From positions 96,001 to 160,000 of the forward strand of contig JBITAJ010000022.1 in the NCBI GenBank assembly GCA_044440125.1: a DNA stretch of 64,000 bases, given 5' to 3'. Position numbers and translations under genes: made by a program. Positions 29,016-39,566 of this stretch are shown piece by piece. Positions within the stretch are counted from its first letter, which is position 1; every line of letters begins with the position of its first letter. The DNA is from Sedimentisphaeraceae bacterium JB056. Lineage in GTDB: Bacteria > Planctomycetota > Phycisphaerae > Sedimentisphaerales > Sedimentisphaeraceae. The notes beneath the pieces were generated by a model, which was given only the letters and a program-made list of their open reading frames with translations, searched no databases and had not been told where the DNA came from.

Positions 29016-29816
29016 TTAGAGTCTTCTGAGATGGAAACCACCATCAACATTGATAACCTGTCCTGTGCAATAATCCATGCGTCCTTCTGCTATGCCGCCA
29101 ACAACCTTAGCAATATCTTCCGGAAGTCCCCATCGTTTTGTAGGAAGAAGATTTTCCTCAAATATAAGCTTGTCGTACTTTTCAGTAACAACGCTTGTCA
29201 TATTGGTCTTTATTACACCTGGGCGAATTTCAAAAACACCAATGTTGTATTCAGCAAGTCTATCGGCAAAAAGCATTGTCATCATTCCAATACCCGCCTT
29301 GCTCAAGCAGTACTCACCACGTGAAGGACTTGAGGTATCAGCAGACATTGAACCGGTATTGCAGATTCTCATTCCACCTTCAGGATTATCTTTCCTCTGC
29401 TCAACCATCCAGTTTGCCACAAGCTGAGTAAGGAAGTATGGGCCTTTAAGGTTTATATTCATTACCCTGTCATAGCTGTCTTCAGTTGCTTCGAGTATAT
29501 CAGCACGTTTTGCAGGAGCCACGCCGGCATTATTCACAAGCATGTCGCAACGGCCATATACAGTTTTGGTGAGAGCAACAAGCTTATCCCTGTCACCTGC
29601 GTCACTAATATCGCCTCGGAATATTTCACACTTAGCTCCTGAAGCAGTAAGTTCGCTCTGTGTCGCTTTTGCGGCTGAATCATCAGGCTGACCATCTTTG
29701 AAATCAAAATAGCTGATTACTAGATCATAACCCAAAGAAGCTACTTCAGAGGCTATGGCTTTTCCTATTCCTCTGCTGGCTCCGGTTACTATCGCTACTG
29801 GTTTTTCATTTTTCAT
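29016..29816 (-). CDS. Short-chain dehydrogenase/reductase
   Basis: TGASRGIG, NNAG, YCLSK, VDGG; ATG 29816 follows GGAG. Confidence 0.9.
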   Translation of the reverse strand: MKNEKPVAIVTGASRGIGKAIASEVASLGYDLVISYFDFKDGQPDDSAAKATQSELTASGAKCEIFRGDISDAGDRDKLVALTKTVYGRCDMLVNNAGVAPAKRADILEATEDSYDRVMNINLKGPYFLTQLVANWMVEQRKDNPEGGMRICNTGSMSADTSSPSRGEYCLSKAGIGMMTMLFADRLAEYNIGVFEIRPGVIKTNMTSVVTEKYDKLIFEENLLPTKRWGLPEDIAKVVGGIAEGRMDYCTGQVINVDGGFHLRRL

Positions 29817-29903
29817 TATTATCTCCAAATTTTTCATTTTAGTTTTTAGTTAGCAGTTCTCAGAAATAAAGCAAGCCACTACCTACGAAATAACTGCTCT
29901 TTA

Positions 29904-30929
29904 TCAATTATTAATACTGCGTACCTTTTCGGCTACGGCAATTATGTTTTGCGGCTCAACATTGTAAGAGAGTACACCTGTTCCAATTATAACATTGGAA
30001 TTATTTTCCACAACCTTCAAGGCCGCACCAATTGCATTGTCAAGCTCAACAGAAGCACCATTCTCAATAAGAACAGGACTTATATTTCGCCTTACAACTA
30101 CCTTGCTGCTCTTTGCTGCATCAATAAAGGCTTCAATATCAGAAGGAAAATCAGAAAGTATGACATCAAAACCCGTCTCTGCAAGCAGAGATGCTATAGC
30201 AGTGGTGTCACCACCGGTAACATACTCAAGCATCTCGGCACCAGCAGATTTCATCTCCCGTGCAAAACGCTGCACTCTTGGCAATACAAGCTCTTTATAA
30301 GTATCAGGCGAAAGCAGCGGCGGTACAGCCTGAGAATCAAACATACAGATCCCGATGCCGCGTTTGGCATACTCCCTACCATAACTTATCGCAATATCAA
30401 GACAGTAGTCGAGTAACCTGCTAAAAGCATCAGGCTCCATGATAGCCGCCATAATAGCCGGTTCTATACCCATCAAGGCCGCAGCAATCGAATAAGGACC
30501 GCTGACAGAACCTCTGACCATGACCTCTGAGCCAACCTGTTTATTTAGTTTATCAGCCGCATCAACAAAGACCTTGATTCTACCTTTGCTGTAGATATCA
30601 TCTACCGCAGGCATATTGAAACTACTCAAGCTTGTAACCAAAGGAGCGGCAAGATGCGGCACTGAATCGTCACCCTGGCCAAAACAAACCTCTGCACCAA
30701 TAACTTGTGCTTCAACATTATAGATATCAATGCCGACAGTAAGCATATCGGGAGCATATTTTTCCCATTCAGCCAGACACGCCTCTGCCAGAAGGTCACT
30801 GCTGGTGCTAAGCTCAGAAACGCTTACGCCTGTAAGTCTTGCCTTATGCTCATAAATAGCCGGGCAAAATAACGGACGCTGCGGCTTTTGACCGTCAAGC
30901 ACCTGCTTTGTTAACTCTTTACTATTCAT
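29904..30929 (-). CDS. Uroporphyrinogen decarboxylase-fold (MtaA/CmuA-like) protein
   Basis: VEAQ..GA.V, GP.S.A..L.G, LLSP..Y.E.VLP, NI.P, IIGTG, P.NI. Confidence 0.75.
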   Translation of the reverse strand: MNSKELTKQVLDGQKPQRPLFCPAIYEHKARLTGVSVSELSTSSDLLAEACLAEWEKYAPDMLTVGIDIYNVEAQVIGAEVCFGQGDDSVPHLAAPLVTSLSSFNMPAVDDIYSKGRIKVFVDAADKLNKQVGSEVMVRGSVSGPYSIAAALMGIEPAIMAAIMEPDAFSRLLDYCLDIAISYGREYAKRGIGICMFDSQAVPPLLSPDTYKELVLPRVQRFAREMKSAGAEMLEYVTGGDTTAIASLLAETGFDVILSDFPSDIEAFIDAAKSSKVVVRRNISPVLIENGASVELDNAIGAALKVVENNSNVIIGTGVLSYNVEPQNIIAVAEKVRSINN

Positions 30930-30989
30930 AGACTCTCCTCTACAATCTTTTAATAACGGGCAGACTGATTAGAGCCTGCCCCATTAATT

Positions 30990-33623
30990 TTATTTAAGAT
31001 ACTGATCGATCTGGGCAGCTGCCTTCATACCGTCAGCAACTGCGGCAACTACGGTAGAAGCTCCCCTGACTATATCGCCACCAGCAAAAATACCTTCCTT
31101 AGATGTCTTGAAGTCATCTGTTTTGATCAGTCCCCATTCAAGATCAATACCCGGAAGTATCTTATCAAGATTTGCTGGAGATTTCTGACCAATTGCCTCA
31201 ACAGCTACATCTATGCTCATGTCATAGGCATTTTCCTTTACATCAATCGGTCGGCGTCTGCCTGAGGCATCCGGCTCGCCAAGAACTGTCGGACAAACCT
31301 TGACACTCTTAAGCTTGCCATCTTCTGCATTATAGCCAAGCTGCTGAGTAAGAATCTTGAAGTGTACACCTTTTTCGGTAGCTCTGTCTCTCTCTGCAGC
31401 CCATGCAGGCATTTGAGTAAACGATCTACGGTAGAGTACATACACATCCTTCGCATTGTGGTCAGCGGCTGTAACTGCAACATCCATTGCGGTATTACCG
31501 CCACCGATAACAGCAACTGTCTTATCCGTCAAATCAAGAGCTCCTTCTTGCTTGGCAAGTGAAAGGAATTCAATCGCATCATAAAGATCTTCCACCTTAT
31601 CGTCAGAAGCGGTAATTGCGTCCGGTAAGCCCATGCCGATAAATACGGCATCATATCCTTCTTTGGCAACGTCATCAATAGTATAGTTTTCATCAAGTAC
31701 AATACCAGATTTAACTTCCATTCTATCAGAAGGCACATCTGCAAACATTGCCTTGATTTCGTTAGCCAATGCAGTTTCCTGCCTATCTTCCGGAATAACG
31801 CTCTTGATCATACCGCCGAAGTTGTCGCTCTTGTCAAGAATGGTTACTTTATGTCCGGCTTCAAGCAGTTTTACTGCCGCAGCGATACCGGCTGGACCAG
31901 CACCAACTATAGCAATATTCTTACCAGTCTTCATCTCTGGAATACGAACCTTAGACCATCCCTTTTTATTAGCGAGGACAGACAAATACTTCTGTGTAGC
32001 AGCAATAGGTATCGGCGAGTCTCCGATAAAGTTTTGCAGACAATGCCCCTGACATTGATCCTCAACAGGACAAAGCCATGCACATACTTCCGGCAAAACA
32101 TTGGCTTCGCGTATTATCTCGTAAGCACCTCTTTCATCACCATCAATAAACTTCTTTATAAATGCCGGAATATTAATACCAGCAGGACAAGCTTGCTGAC
32201 AAGTCGGCTCTGGGCATTGTAAACATTCGCTGTCAAGCCTGACGAGATTCGCCTTATCACCCATACGTCCGCTTTTGAAGATCGGGCCATAAATTTCATT
32301 GTCGCGTACAACGCAACCGGCAGTCTTGCCATCACGCATAAGCTGCGTACATGCGCTGCAAGCCACACAAACCTGCTTCGGATCAAATTCACCTTTTTCA
32401 AGAACATCTTTTGCAAAATTCGGATAGGCAAAACCCTGTCTTCCAAAACCGATTATTTTTGATGTTCCATTTTTCTTTGCTGCCGCAGCAACATAGCAGC
32501 CTGTTTCACGCAACCAACTGTAACCTGTACCGACAAATGTCACTTCAGGGAATTCGGTTTGCATTTCTTTGGCAATATTTAAAAGACGCTCAACACCTAC
32601 AAGCGGATCCTCCGGGTCAGGATAAGCACCCTTGATTGGATGGTTAAACGGCCTTCCTACATGCGGATTATAGTATGGATTGGCGATTGTGAAGTTTATC
32701 ATTTTCAACCCACGCTCTACCATAAGCTTGAGAAGCTTCTTGGGCTCAGTGAGATCAGGCTTTGTATAATCTTTCTCATCAACACCCCAGCCATAAGGAT
32801 AAGGTATTGCATCGTAAAAGCCAAGTCTGGCACCGATAAGTTTATCTTCGCCTACAGCCTCACGTATCTTCTCTATAACCTCAAGTACAAAACGAGTTCT
32901 ATTCTCAAAACTTCCGCCGTACTTACCTTCACGATTACGCGAAGCAAGCATTTCATTTACGAGATAACCATGACAGCTCTTAATATCAACTGCATCAAAA
33001 CCAACCTCAAAGGCAAGCTTGGCCGCTTTTACATAAGCAAGCTGAAGATTATCGAAGTACTCATCTGTCAGGATTGAATGCTCACCCGGAATATTGCTTG
33101 GACGTGTTGTTGTAGGGAAAGCTTCCGGGATTAGCGGATCACGATAAGGATCTCTTTCCGGAATCAGAGGTTCTGCAATGCCATTTGGCTTGCTGTATCT
33201 TCCCGAATGAGTAAGCTGGGCAACGATTACCGGATTGTGGTCAGGGCCCATAGACTCTGCCGCTGCTTCTCTTGCCTGCTTTATCATATCAGCAAAAGCT
33301 TCTTTAGTACCCTCATGCAGCCACAACTGGCGAGGATTAGCTCTGCCCTCGGGAACTACCGCAATAGCCTCTGCCCAGATCATGCCTGCACCACCGGCAG
33401 CAAATCTTTTGTAACGACGAATTGTCAAAGGCCCCGGCTTACCTTCATTAGTACCATCAGCACCCTCCATAGGATGGATAGCCATTGAATTCGGAGCTGT
33501 AACATTACCAATTTTGACAGGTTCGCCCAAAACAGAAACATCTTCAGAAATATCTATATTAACTGATGCTTCTTTACAACTATTTTGAAAATCACTTATT
33601 GATTTCAAACTGTTTTTTTTCAT
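30990..33623 (-). CDS. NADH:flavin oxidoreductase (OYE fold) fused to a GltD/DPD-like Fe-S NAD(P)H module
   Basis: HPMEG, QLTHSGR, CHGYL, YGGSFENRTR, CVACSAC..C; then CLQC....CQQACP, CAWLCP...QCQGHC, GAGPAG, GGGNTAMD, AGGD. Confidence 0.85.
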   Translation of the reverse strand: MKKNSLKSISDFQNSCKEASVNIDISEDVSVLGEPVKIGNVTAPNSMAIHPMEGADGTNEGKPGPLTIRRYKRFAAGGAGMIWAEAIAVVPEGRANPRQLWLHEGTKEAFADMIKQAREAAAESMGPDHNPVIVAQLTHSGRYSKPNGIAEPLIPERDPYRDPLIPEAFPTTTRPSNIPGEHSILTDEYFDNLQLAYVKAAKLAFEVGFDAVDIKSCHGYLVNEMLASRNREGKYGGSFENRTRFVLEVIEKIREAVGEDKLIGARLGFYDAIPYPYGWGVDEKDYTKPDLTEPKKLLKLMVERGLKMINFTIANPYYNPHVGRPFNHPIKGAYPDPEDPLVGVERLLNIAKEMQTEFPEVTFVGTGYSWLRETGCYVAAAAKKNGTSKIIGFGRQGFAYPNFAKDVLEKGEFDPKQVCVACSACTQLMRDGKTAGCVVRDNEIYGPIFKSGRMGDKANLVRLDSECLQCPEPTCQQACPAGINIPAFIKKFIDGDERGAYEIIREANVLPEVCAWLCPVEDQCQGHCLQNFIGDSPIPIAATQKYLSVLANKKGWSKVRIPEMKTGKNIAIVGAGPAGIAAAVKLLEAGHKVTILDKSDNFGGMIKSVIPEDRQETALANEIKAMFADVPSDRMEVKSGIVLDENYTIDDVAKEGYDAVFIGMGLPDAITASDDKVEDLYDAIEFLSLAKQEGALDLTDKTVAVIGGGNTAMDVAVTAADHNAKDVYVLYRRSFTQMPAWAAERDRATEKGVHFKILTQQLGYNAEDGKLKSVKVCPTVLGEPDASGRRRPIDVKENAYDMSIDVAVEAIGQKSPANLDKILPGIDLEWGLIKTDDFKTSKEGIFAGGDIVRGASTVVAAVADGMKAAAQIDQYLK

Positions 33624-33910
33624 TTTATAAATCCTTTTTCTTTTTTTATAAACAGACTTAATAACAATTATACAAATTACAGACTTCTTGTCTTAGCGAA
33701 TACAGAAAATACAAAATTGCGTTTCGGGCTATTCAGTCGTATATAACACCAAATAAAGGCTTTATGCAAAAACAAAACATTCAAACATGGACAGTAAAAA
33801 GTCTAAAAAGACTATTAGCAAGTTTCTTTGAAGAACAAATTCAACCGTCAATAAAATAGAGTTTAACCAACACGATTCAAAAAAAGAAAAGATTTTAACC
33901 AAAAAATAGT

Positions 33911-33938
33911 TTGACATATCATACTGATTAAATACAAT
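33911..33938 (+). promoter_or_regulatory. Putative sigma-70 promoter of PEPCK
   Basis: TTGACA-N16-TACAAT. Confidence 0.55.
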
Positions 33939-34010
33939 CTGCTGGGTTTGTGCCGTAATCTCGCGGTACCGGTCTGTAATCAAATGTTTTATTAACTATT
34001 CAAGAAAACT

Positions 34011-35861
34011 ATGGAAGGAAAGACAGTGAACTCACTCGAATTTCTAAAGTCCAAAATGGATGCAGCTCAGTATGAGAAGCTGGCTGCATTGAACAATGCA
34101 AAACTCAACGATTTCATCGCAGAATCAGCAGAGATGTGTACTCCTGATTCAATCTATCTTTGTGATGGATCCAAAGAAGAGTATGACACTCTTATGAAAG
34201 AAATGGTTGACAGCGGTCTTGCTATCGCTCTCAAGAAGCGTCCTAACAGCTTCCTTTTCCGCTCTGATCCTTCAGACGTTGCACGTGTTGAAGGTCGTAC
34301 TTACATCGCTTGTAAGGATAAGGAAAATGCCGGTCCTACAAACAACTGGATCGATCCTGATGAGCTTAAGGTAACAATGAGAGAACTCTACAAGGGTTGT
34401 ATGAAGGGTCGTACAATGTACGTCATTCCGTTCTCAATGGGTCCTGTAGGATCACCTATCGCAAAAATAGGTTTTGAGATCACAGACAGCGCTTACGTTG
34501 TTGACAACATGCACATCATGACTCGCGTTGGCGACAAGGTTCTTGAAGTACTCGGAGATGGCGACTTTATCCCATGTCTGCACTCTGTAGGCAAGCCTCT
34601 TGCTGAAGGCGAAAGCGACAATGGCGTATGGCCATGTGCTCCTGTTGAGAAGAAATACATCTCACACTTCACAGATGAGAATCTTATCTGGTCTTACGGT
34701 TCAGGTTACGGCGGAAACGCACTTCTCGGTAAGAAGTGTCTTGCTCTGCGTATCGCTTCTACAATGGCTAAAAAAGAAGGCTGGATGGCTGAGCATATGC
34801 TTATCCTTCGTCTTACAAGCCCAGAAGGCAAGCAGTTCCACATTGCAGCAGCATTCCCAAGTGCTTGCGGTAAGACAAATCTCGCGATGCTCGAGCCTAC
34901 CATCGAAGGCTGGAAGGTCGAGACCATCGGTGATGATATTGCATGGATGAAGATAGGTCCTGACGGATCACTTCGCGCGATCAATCCTGAAGCTGGTTTC
35001 TTCGGTGTTGCTCCAGGAACAAACTACAAGACAAACGGTATGGCTATGGATTCTATCCGTGCTAACAGCATCTTCACCAACTGTCTGCTTACAGATGATG
35101 GCGACATTTGGTGGGAAGACGGCGATGAGCCATGTTCACACGGTATCGACTGGAAGGGCAACGAGTGGACACCTGAATCAGGCGAAAAGGGTTCTCACCC
35201 GAACGCACGTTTCACTGCTCCTGCAAGCCAGTGTCCTTGTATCTGCCCTGCATGGGAAGATCCTAACGGCGTTAAGATTGACATCTTCGTATTCGGTGGA
35301 CGTCGTAGCTCTGTTGTACCTCTGGTATCTGAAGCTCTTAGCTGGGATCACGGTGTATACATGGGTGCTACAGCGGCCTCTGAGCCAACAGCTGCTGCAC
35401 TTGACGTAAAAGCCAAGCTCCGTCGCGATCCATTCGCAATGCTTCCATTCTGCGGTTACCACATGGGTGACTACTGGGCACACTGGTTCGAAATGGGCGA
35501 CAAGCTCGGCGATCAGGCACCAAAGTGCTTCTATGTTAACTGGTTCCGCAAGTCACCAGAAGGCAAGTTCCTCTGGCCAGGATTTGGCGACAACAGCCGT
35601 ATCCTGAAGTGGATGTGTGAGCGTGTAGAAGGCAAGGTAGACGCTGTAGAATCTCCAATCGGTATGATGCCAAAGATTGAAGACATCGATACTACAGGTC
35701 TTGATCTTTCACCTGAAACACTCAAGGATATCCTTGATGTAGATGTTGAAGCATGGAAGAATGAAATTCCTGAAGTTAAGGAATTCTTCACCAAGTTTGG
35801 TGACAAGCTTCCTGCACGTATGGTAGCACAGGTTGACGGTCTTGCTGAGCGTCTTGGCTAA
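34011..35861 (+). CDS. pckG: Phosphoenolpyruvate carboxykinase (GTP)
   Basis: [42 protein letters not shown]. Confidence 0.97.
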   Translation: MEGKTVNSLEFLKSKMDAAQYEKLAALNNAKLNDFIAESAEMCTPDSIYLCDGSKEEYDTLMKEMVDSGLAIALKKRPNSFLFRSDPSDVARVEGRTYIACKDKENAGPTNNWIDPDELKVTMRELYKGCMKGRTMYVIPFSMGPVGSPIAKIGFEITDSAYVVDNMHIMTRVGDKVLEVLGDGDFIPCLHSVGKPLAEGESDNGVWPCAPVEKKYISHFTDENLIWSYGSGYGGNALLGKKCLALRIASTMAKKEGWMAEHMLILRLTSPEGKQFHIAAAFPSACGKTNLAMLEPTIEGWKVETIGDDIAWMKIGPDGSLRAINPEAGFFGVAPGTNYKTNGMAMDSIRANSIFTNCLLTDDGDIWWEDGDEPCSHGIDWKGNEWTPESGEKGSHPNARFTAPASQCPCICPAWEDPNGVKIDIFVFGGRRSSVVPLVSEALSWDHGVYMGATAASEPTAAALDVKAKLRRDPFAMLPFCGYHMGDYWAHWFEMGDKLGDQAPKCFYVNWFRKSPEGKFLWPGFGDNSRILKWMCERVEGKVDAVESPIGMMPKIEDIDTTGLDLSPETLKDILDVDVEAWKNEIPEVKEFFTKFGDKLPARMVAQVDGLAERLG

Positions 35862-35883
35862 TTAGCTATCAGTGAATAAAATT

Positions 35884-35920
35884 AAAATGGAGTACAGTTA
35901 CTAAGCTGTGCTCCATTTTT
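35884..35920 (+). terminator. Intrinsic terminator after pckG
   Basis: AAAATGGAGTACAG / CTGTGCTCCATTTT followed by a T-run. Confidence 0.8.
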
Positions 35921-35998
35921 TATTTTAAATCAACAAATCTGCTTCCATTTTACCTAAATACAATTAAGATATTACCAATTGATATTAAGAGGAAAATA

Positions 35999-36619
35999 AT
36001 GGCCAATAAGAAACAAACAAAAAAGACGTCAAATGTCACAAGAAACTCATTTATACCTCGAATAGTAAGTGCTTTAATATTCTTTCTTTTCGGCGCATGG
36101 ATAGGTAATGGCGGTGTAAATATCAATGAAGGCAAAATCTCCTTCACTCCTCCGAATATCCAACACCTTATCAGCAAGATACAAGGAGAAACGAATAACC
36201 TCCCTGTAAAAACCAAACCAGCAATAATAAAACCAGTAACATCTTTTTTCGATGATGGATACGGCAACTGTACAGTAAGTGAAATAATAAGCGTTTACGA
36301 TGGCGATACTTTTAGATGCAATATAGACGGACTGCCTGACATAATAGGAAAGAACATAAGTATTCGCATAAGAGGTATTGATACTCCAGAGATGAAAGAC
36401 AAGAACCCGTACATTCAAGCGAGAGCCATTGATGCACGGGAATTCGCTAAGCGAAAACTACTTTCAGCAGAAACAGTTGAACTCAAAAATATAGATCGCG
36501 GCAAATACTTCAGAATCCTCGCAGATGTTTATGTCGACAAGGAAAACCTTTCAGAAATGATGCTTAAAGCTGGTCTGGCAAATCCATATGACGGCGGCAC
36601 AAAACAAAGCTGGGAATAG
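35999..36619 (+). CDS. Membrane-anchored thermonuclease (SNase) family protein
   Basis: VYDGDT, IRIRGIDTPE, KYFRILADVY, GLA..YDGG. Confidence 0.88.
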   Translation: MANKKQTKKTSNVTRNSFIPRIVSALIFFLFGAWIGNGGVNINEGKISFTPPNIQHLISKIQGETNNLPVKTKPAIIKPVTSFFDDGYGNCTVSEIISVYDGDTFRCNIDGLPDIIGKNISIRIRGIDTPEMKDKNPYIQARAIDAREFAKRKLLSAETVELKNIDRGKYFRILADVYVDKENLSEMMLKAGLANPYDGGTKQSWE

Positions 36620-36625
36620 AGGGTG

Positions 36626-37123
36626 CTAACTGACAAAGTCAAGAATCACCCGCCATTTCTCCAGTTTCTGACTATAATTCATTGAAGCGTTAGCAGGGGA
36701 TGTTGAAGGCAAACGCTCAAAGTGAATGTCTTGAAAATCTTCGACATTACTCGTTATATACTTTTTGAAAAACTTCTCAGCATTGCCGCCATTAAAGAAA
36801 ACCGCTTTGATGTTTTCATGCATCTCGATAAAGCCGGCAATATTATTGGGTCGCTCCTGCTCAATATTTGAATCAAGACTGCCCTGCCGCAAGCAACTAC
36901 TTAAAACATCCCACAACGCAATATTTCTTTGAGCAATAATTTCACATCTCTGCTTATAACTCAGCCCAATATCAAAACCCAAAAGCTCGCTTATAATAGG
37001 CCAGAACTTGTTATGACCATAAGCATAATACTGTGCCATTTCAAGCGAAGTAACACCAGGCATTGTACCAAGTATCAAAACACGGCTATGCGGCGTCTCT
37101 ATTGGTTCAAAGCTTCTGAGCAT
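36626..37123 (-). CDS. UDG-superfamily DNA glycosylase (DNA-deoxyinosine glycosylase type)
   Basis: LILGTMPG..SL...QYY, N.FW, LWDV, GSLDS, LPSTSPAN. Confidence 0.88.
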   Translation of the reverse strand: MLRSFEPIETPHSRVLILGTMPGVTSLEMAQYYAYGHNKFWPIISELLGFDIGLSYKQRCEIIAQRNIALWDVLSSCLRQGSLDSNIEQERPNNIAGFIEMHENIKAVFFNGGNAEKFFKKYITSNVEDFQDIHFERLPSTSPANASMNYSQKLEKWRVILDFVS

Positions 37124-38574
37124 TAGTATTTTATGTCTACAATTTCAAAATTACCCAATAAGTTTACGAGCGAAAAGAAATCTTCCGGTCTGCCGTCGCC
37201 TTCAGCCAGCTTTATATGACCACTGCCGTAGCCATCCTTTCCAATAGTAGCGTCAAGGCCTATCCACTTGCCGCCCACATAGCATTCTGTCCATGCATGG
37301 CCGCCGAAGATATTGCCATTGCCGGCAAATTGTTCGGCATAGACTACGCCACAAGCAGCCCTGGCCGGTATTCCGCTCGCACGGCACAATGCGGCAGTAA
37401 GTATTGCGTGCTCAGTACAATCGCCTTCACGACTCTCCAATATTTCAATAGCAGTAGAATAACCGGCAGAAAGATTTTTCTGGCTTATATAATCATGAAC
37501 AAACTGCTCAATATTATGAGCAGCAGCCAGACTGTCCTTTGCATCTCCGGCAGCTTTCTCAGCAAGCTCTTTTATTCTTTTATCGTCACTTTGTATATAG
37601 CCGTTCGCGGCAAGATATACACTAATGCTCTTATCATCATAACTAACCGGCACAGCTTCTTTTTTAACATCCCTGACAGGATCAACAGTAATAATGATAA
37701 ATCCATCTTCGTAAGTAACCTGTTGATTATCATCTGAAGGCACTTTAGTAGCCTCAGCCTCTGGTTTGATTTTCAATTTGTAAGTAATCGGCTTCTGGAG
37801 TGCTTCAGCCGGTATTTCTTCAGGCGAATTGAGCAAAAGACCGGAAAATATATCTGCCGGAGAATCAGGGCTCAAAGCTACCTCTTTCTCACATGCTATC
37901 ATTTCTATTGTCATCCCCATGAGCCATGTACTGGTCTTGTAAACTTTAGCCTGCTCATCAGCATAGCTCGTCTCCCGCACATCACCAGCACCAGGTATAG
38001 TTGTCGTTGTAACAACCTTATAAAGCTCTTTAACCCTGCCAAGCAAATCTATTTTTTCTTTATCGAATATCTCTATCTTAGCAGGAAGAGTCTGGATAAG
38101 AGCTGCATCAAAAACCTTTACATCAAACGCGCTTCCAGGCTGCATACCCTTCTCCAAAGCAAGCAACCGCAAGCCTTCTGGCATAAGAGAATCTGGTTCA
38201 AAAGAAACTACGCTGCGATTTTCTCCAGTCCTCATTACAGTCATTTTCCCACCTTCAATCTTGCCCTTTATAACCTGAGGCGGCGCATCGCTGAATTTCT
38301 GCTCAGTAACAAATCCCAAAGGCTTGCCGTCAACAGTCTCTGTAAAAAAAGTCTTCTCAAGAACTTCCATCGTAAACCCCATACGGTTTATAGTCAATTT
38401 AACCGTCTGAGATGTCTCCACAATATCGCCCTTTTGCTGCCTCTCCATGATTCCATACCCGCATTTGTGCCCATCTATATTAACAAGCATATACTCAGGC
38501 TCATCAGCATAAGCCAGAAATGAGAACACAAAGACAATCAGCAATGTTGGAATAGCAAGATAACGACAATTCAT
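37123..38574 (-). CDS. Secreted transglutaminase-like domain protein
   Basis: Signal peptide; GDCTEHA, RASGIPAR, HAWTE, W..LDAT. Confidence 0.88.
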   Translation of the reverse strand: MNCRYLAIPTLLIVFVFSFLAYADEPEYMLVNIDGHKCGYGIMERQQKGDIVETSQTVKLTINRMGFTMEVLEKTFFTETVDGKPLGFVTEQKFSDAPPQVIKGKIEGGKMTVMRTGENRSVVSFEPDSLMPEGLRLLALEKGMQPGSAFDVKVFDAALIQTLPAKIEIFDKEKIDLLGRVKELYKVVTTTTIPGAGDVRETSYADEQAKVYKTSTWLMGMTIEMIACEKEVALSPDSPADIFSGLLLNSPEEIPAEALQKPITYKLKIKPEAEATKVPSDDNQQVTYEDGFIIITVDPVRDVKKEAVPVSYDDKSISVYLAANGYIQSDDKRIKELAEKAAGDAKDSLAAAHNIEQFVHDYISQKNLSAGYSTAIEILESREGDCTEHAILTAALCRASGIPARAACGVVYAEQFAGNGNIFGGHAWTECYVGGKWIGLDATIGKDGYGSGHIKLAEGDGRPEDFFSLVNLLGNFEIVDIKY

Positions 38575-38669
38575 AATATCTCCTCGTTATAAAATAATCG
38601 ATTAAACATAAAAATCACTAAATCATTATACGATTGCATCAAAACTTGTCAAACGGGATATGAGCAGAC

Positions 38670-38698
38670 TTGCAAATTTAATCTACAAATACTATAAT
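38670..38698 (+). promoter_or_regulatory. Putative sigma-70 promoter
   Basis: TTGCAA-N17-TATAAT upstream of the DUF432-mscS-gpx genes. Confidence 0.55.
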
Positions 38699-38754
38699 GA
38701 CAAATGTAAGAGATTATCGGAGATTTAGAATATTTTCATAGATCGGGAACTATA

Positions 38755-39546
38755 ATGGGCATATGGAATCAATACGACATTGAGCAAAACGTTTGCTATA
38801 TGATGCAGCTTGGGCCTTTATCCACATGGATAAAAAAGATAGATGACGAGATACATATCGCAACACAAAGGACAGAAGAGTCTCTATCAAACGTAACCGC
38901 AGAACCAAAATTCGAGATTTGCGAACAAAGCCCTACCGATGTTACCTGGACACGATATATAATTGAAAACAATACCAAGCTGATAAGCCTCAAGCCGATA
39001 ATGCCTGACAGAGCTGTGCTTGTGCGGCCTGAAGAGCCATTAAAGCTGCCTGCAGGCCGAAAAGCCACTTTTTACGTTCGTATCCCTATCTGGATTAATA
39101 TCGAAATAACCTCTTCCAAATCAGCAGGGCTTTGTGAAATACCTACAATCGAACAATCAAATATCTGGTTTGGCGACGCCGTCTCGGGAGAACTTTGCTA
39201 CTCTCTCCGCAGTAAAGCAAGAAGGAAATTTGTTGACTTCACCCCAATGGCACACAGGGTTATCTGTCCGGTAGTAATACAGAATAAATCAAAAGATACG
39301 ATTGACATAAGTCGAATATGTATACAATCGCAGCACCTGAACATCTATTCGGCCGAATCATTAATGTGGACAAACGATATAGAAATAACATTCCAAACCG
39401 ATGATTATTCAGGCAGCATCTTATATTCGAACAAACCATCAGAATTAAAACCCAAGGCAAAACTGCTTGCAACAGCAAGAGTCCCCAAAAAGAAAACACT
39501 GCTGAAGCGAAGCTTAGGGACCTTTAGAATATTCGGCGGATTCTAA
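38755..39546 (+). CDS. DUF432-like protein
   Basis: P.MPDR.V.VRP, FYV.IP, WFG...GELCY; adjacent to MscS. Confidence 0.65.
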   Translation: MGIWNQYDIEQNVCYMMQLGPLSTWIKKIDDEIHIATQRTEESLSNVTAEPKFEICEQSPTDVTWTRYIIENNTKLISLKPIMPDRAVLVRPEEPLKLPAGRKATFYVRIPIWINIEITSSKSAGLCEIPTIEQSNIWFGDAVSGELCYSLRSKARRKFVDFTPMAHRVICPVVIQNKSKDTIDISRICIQSQHLNIYSAESLMWTNDIEITFQTDDYSGSILYSNKPSELKPKAKLLATARVPKKKTLLKRSLGTFRIFGGF

Positions 39547-39566
39547 CATCAGGAGAAGATATTTAT

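Noticed and set aside
33762..33983. 73-aa minus-strand ORF in the divergent intergenic region
   Set aside because: Overlaps the predicted pckG promoter; AT-rich, probably spurious
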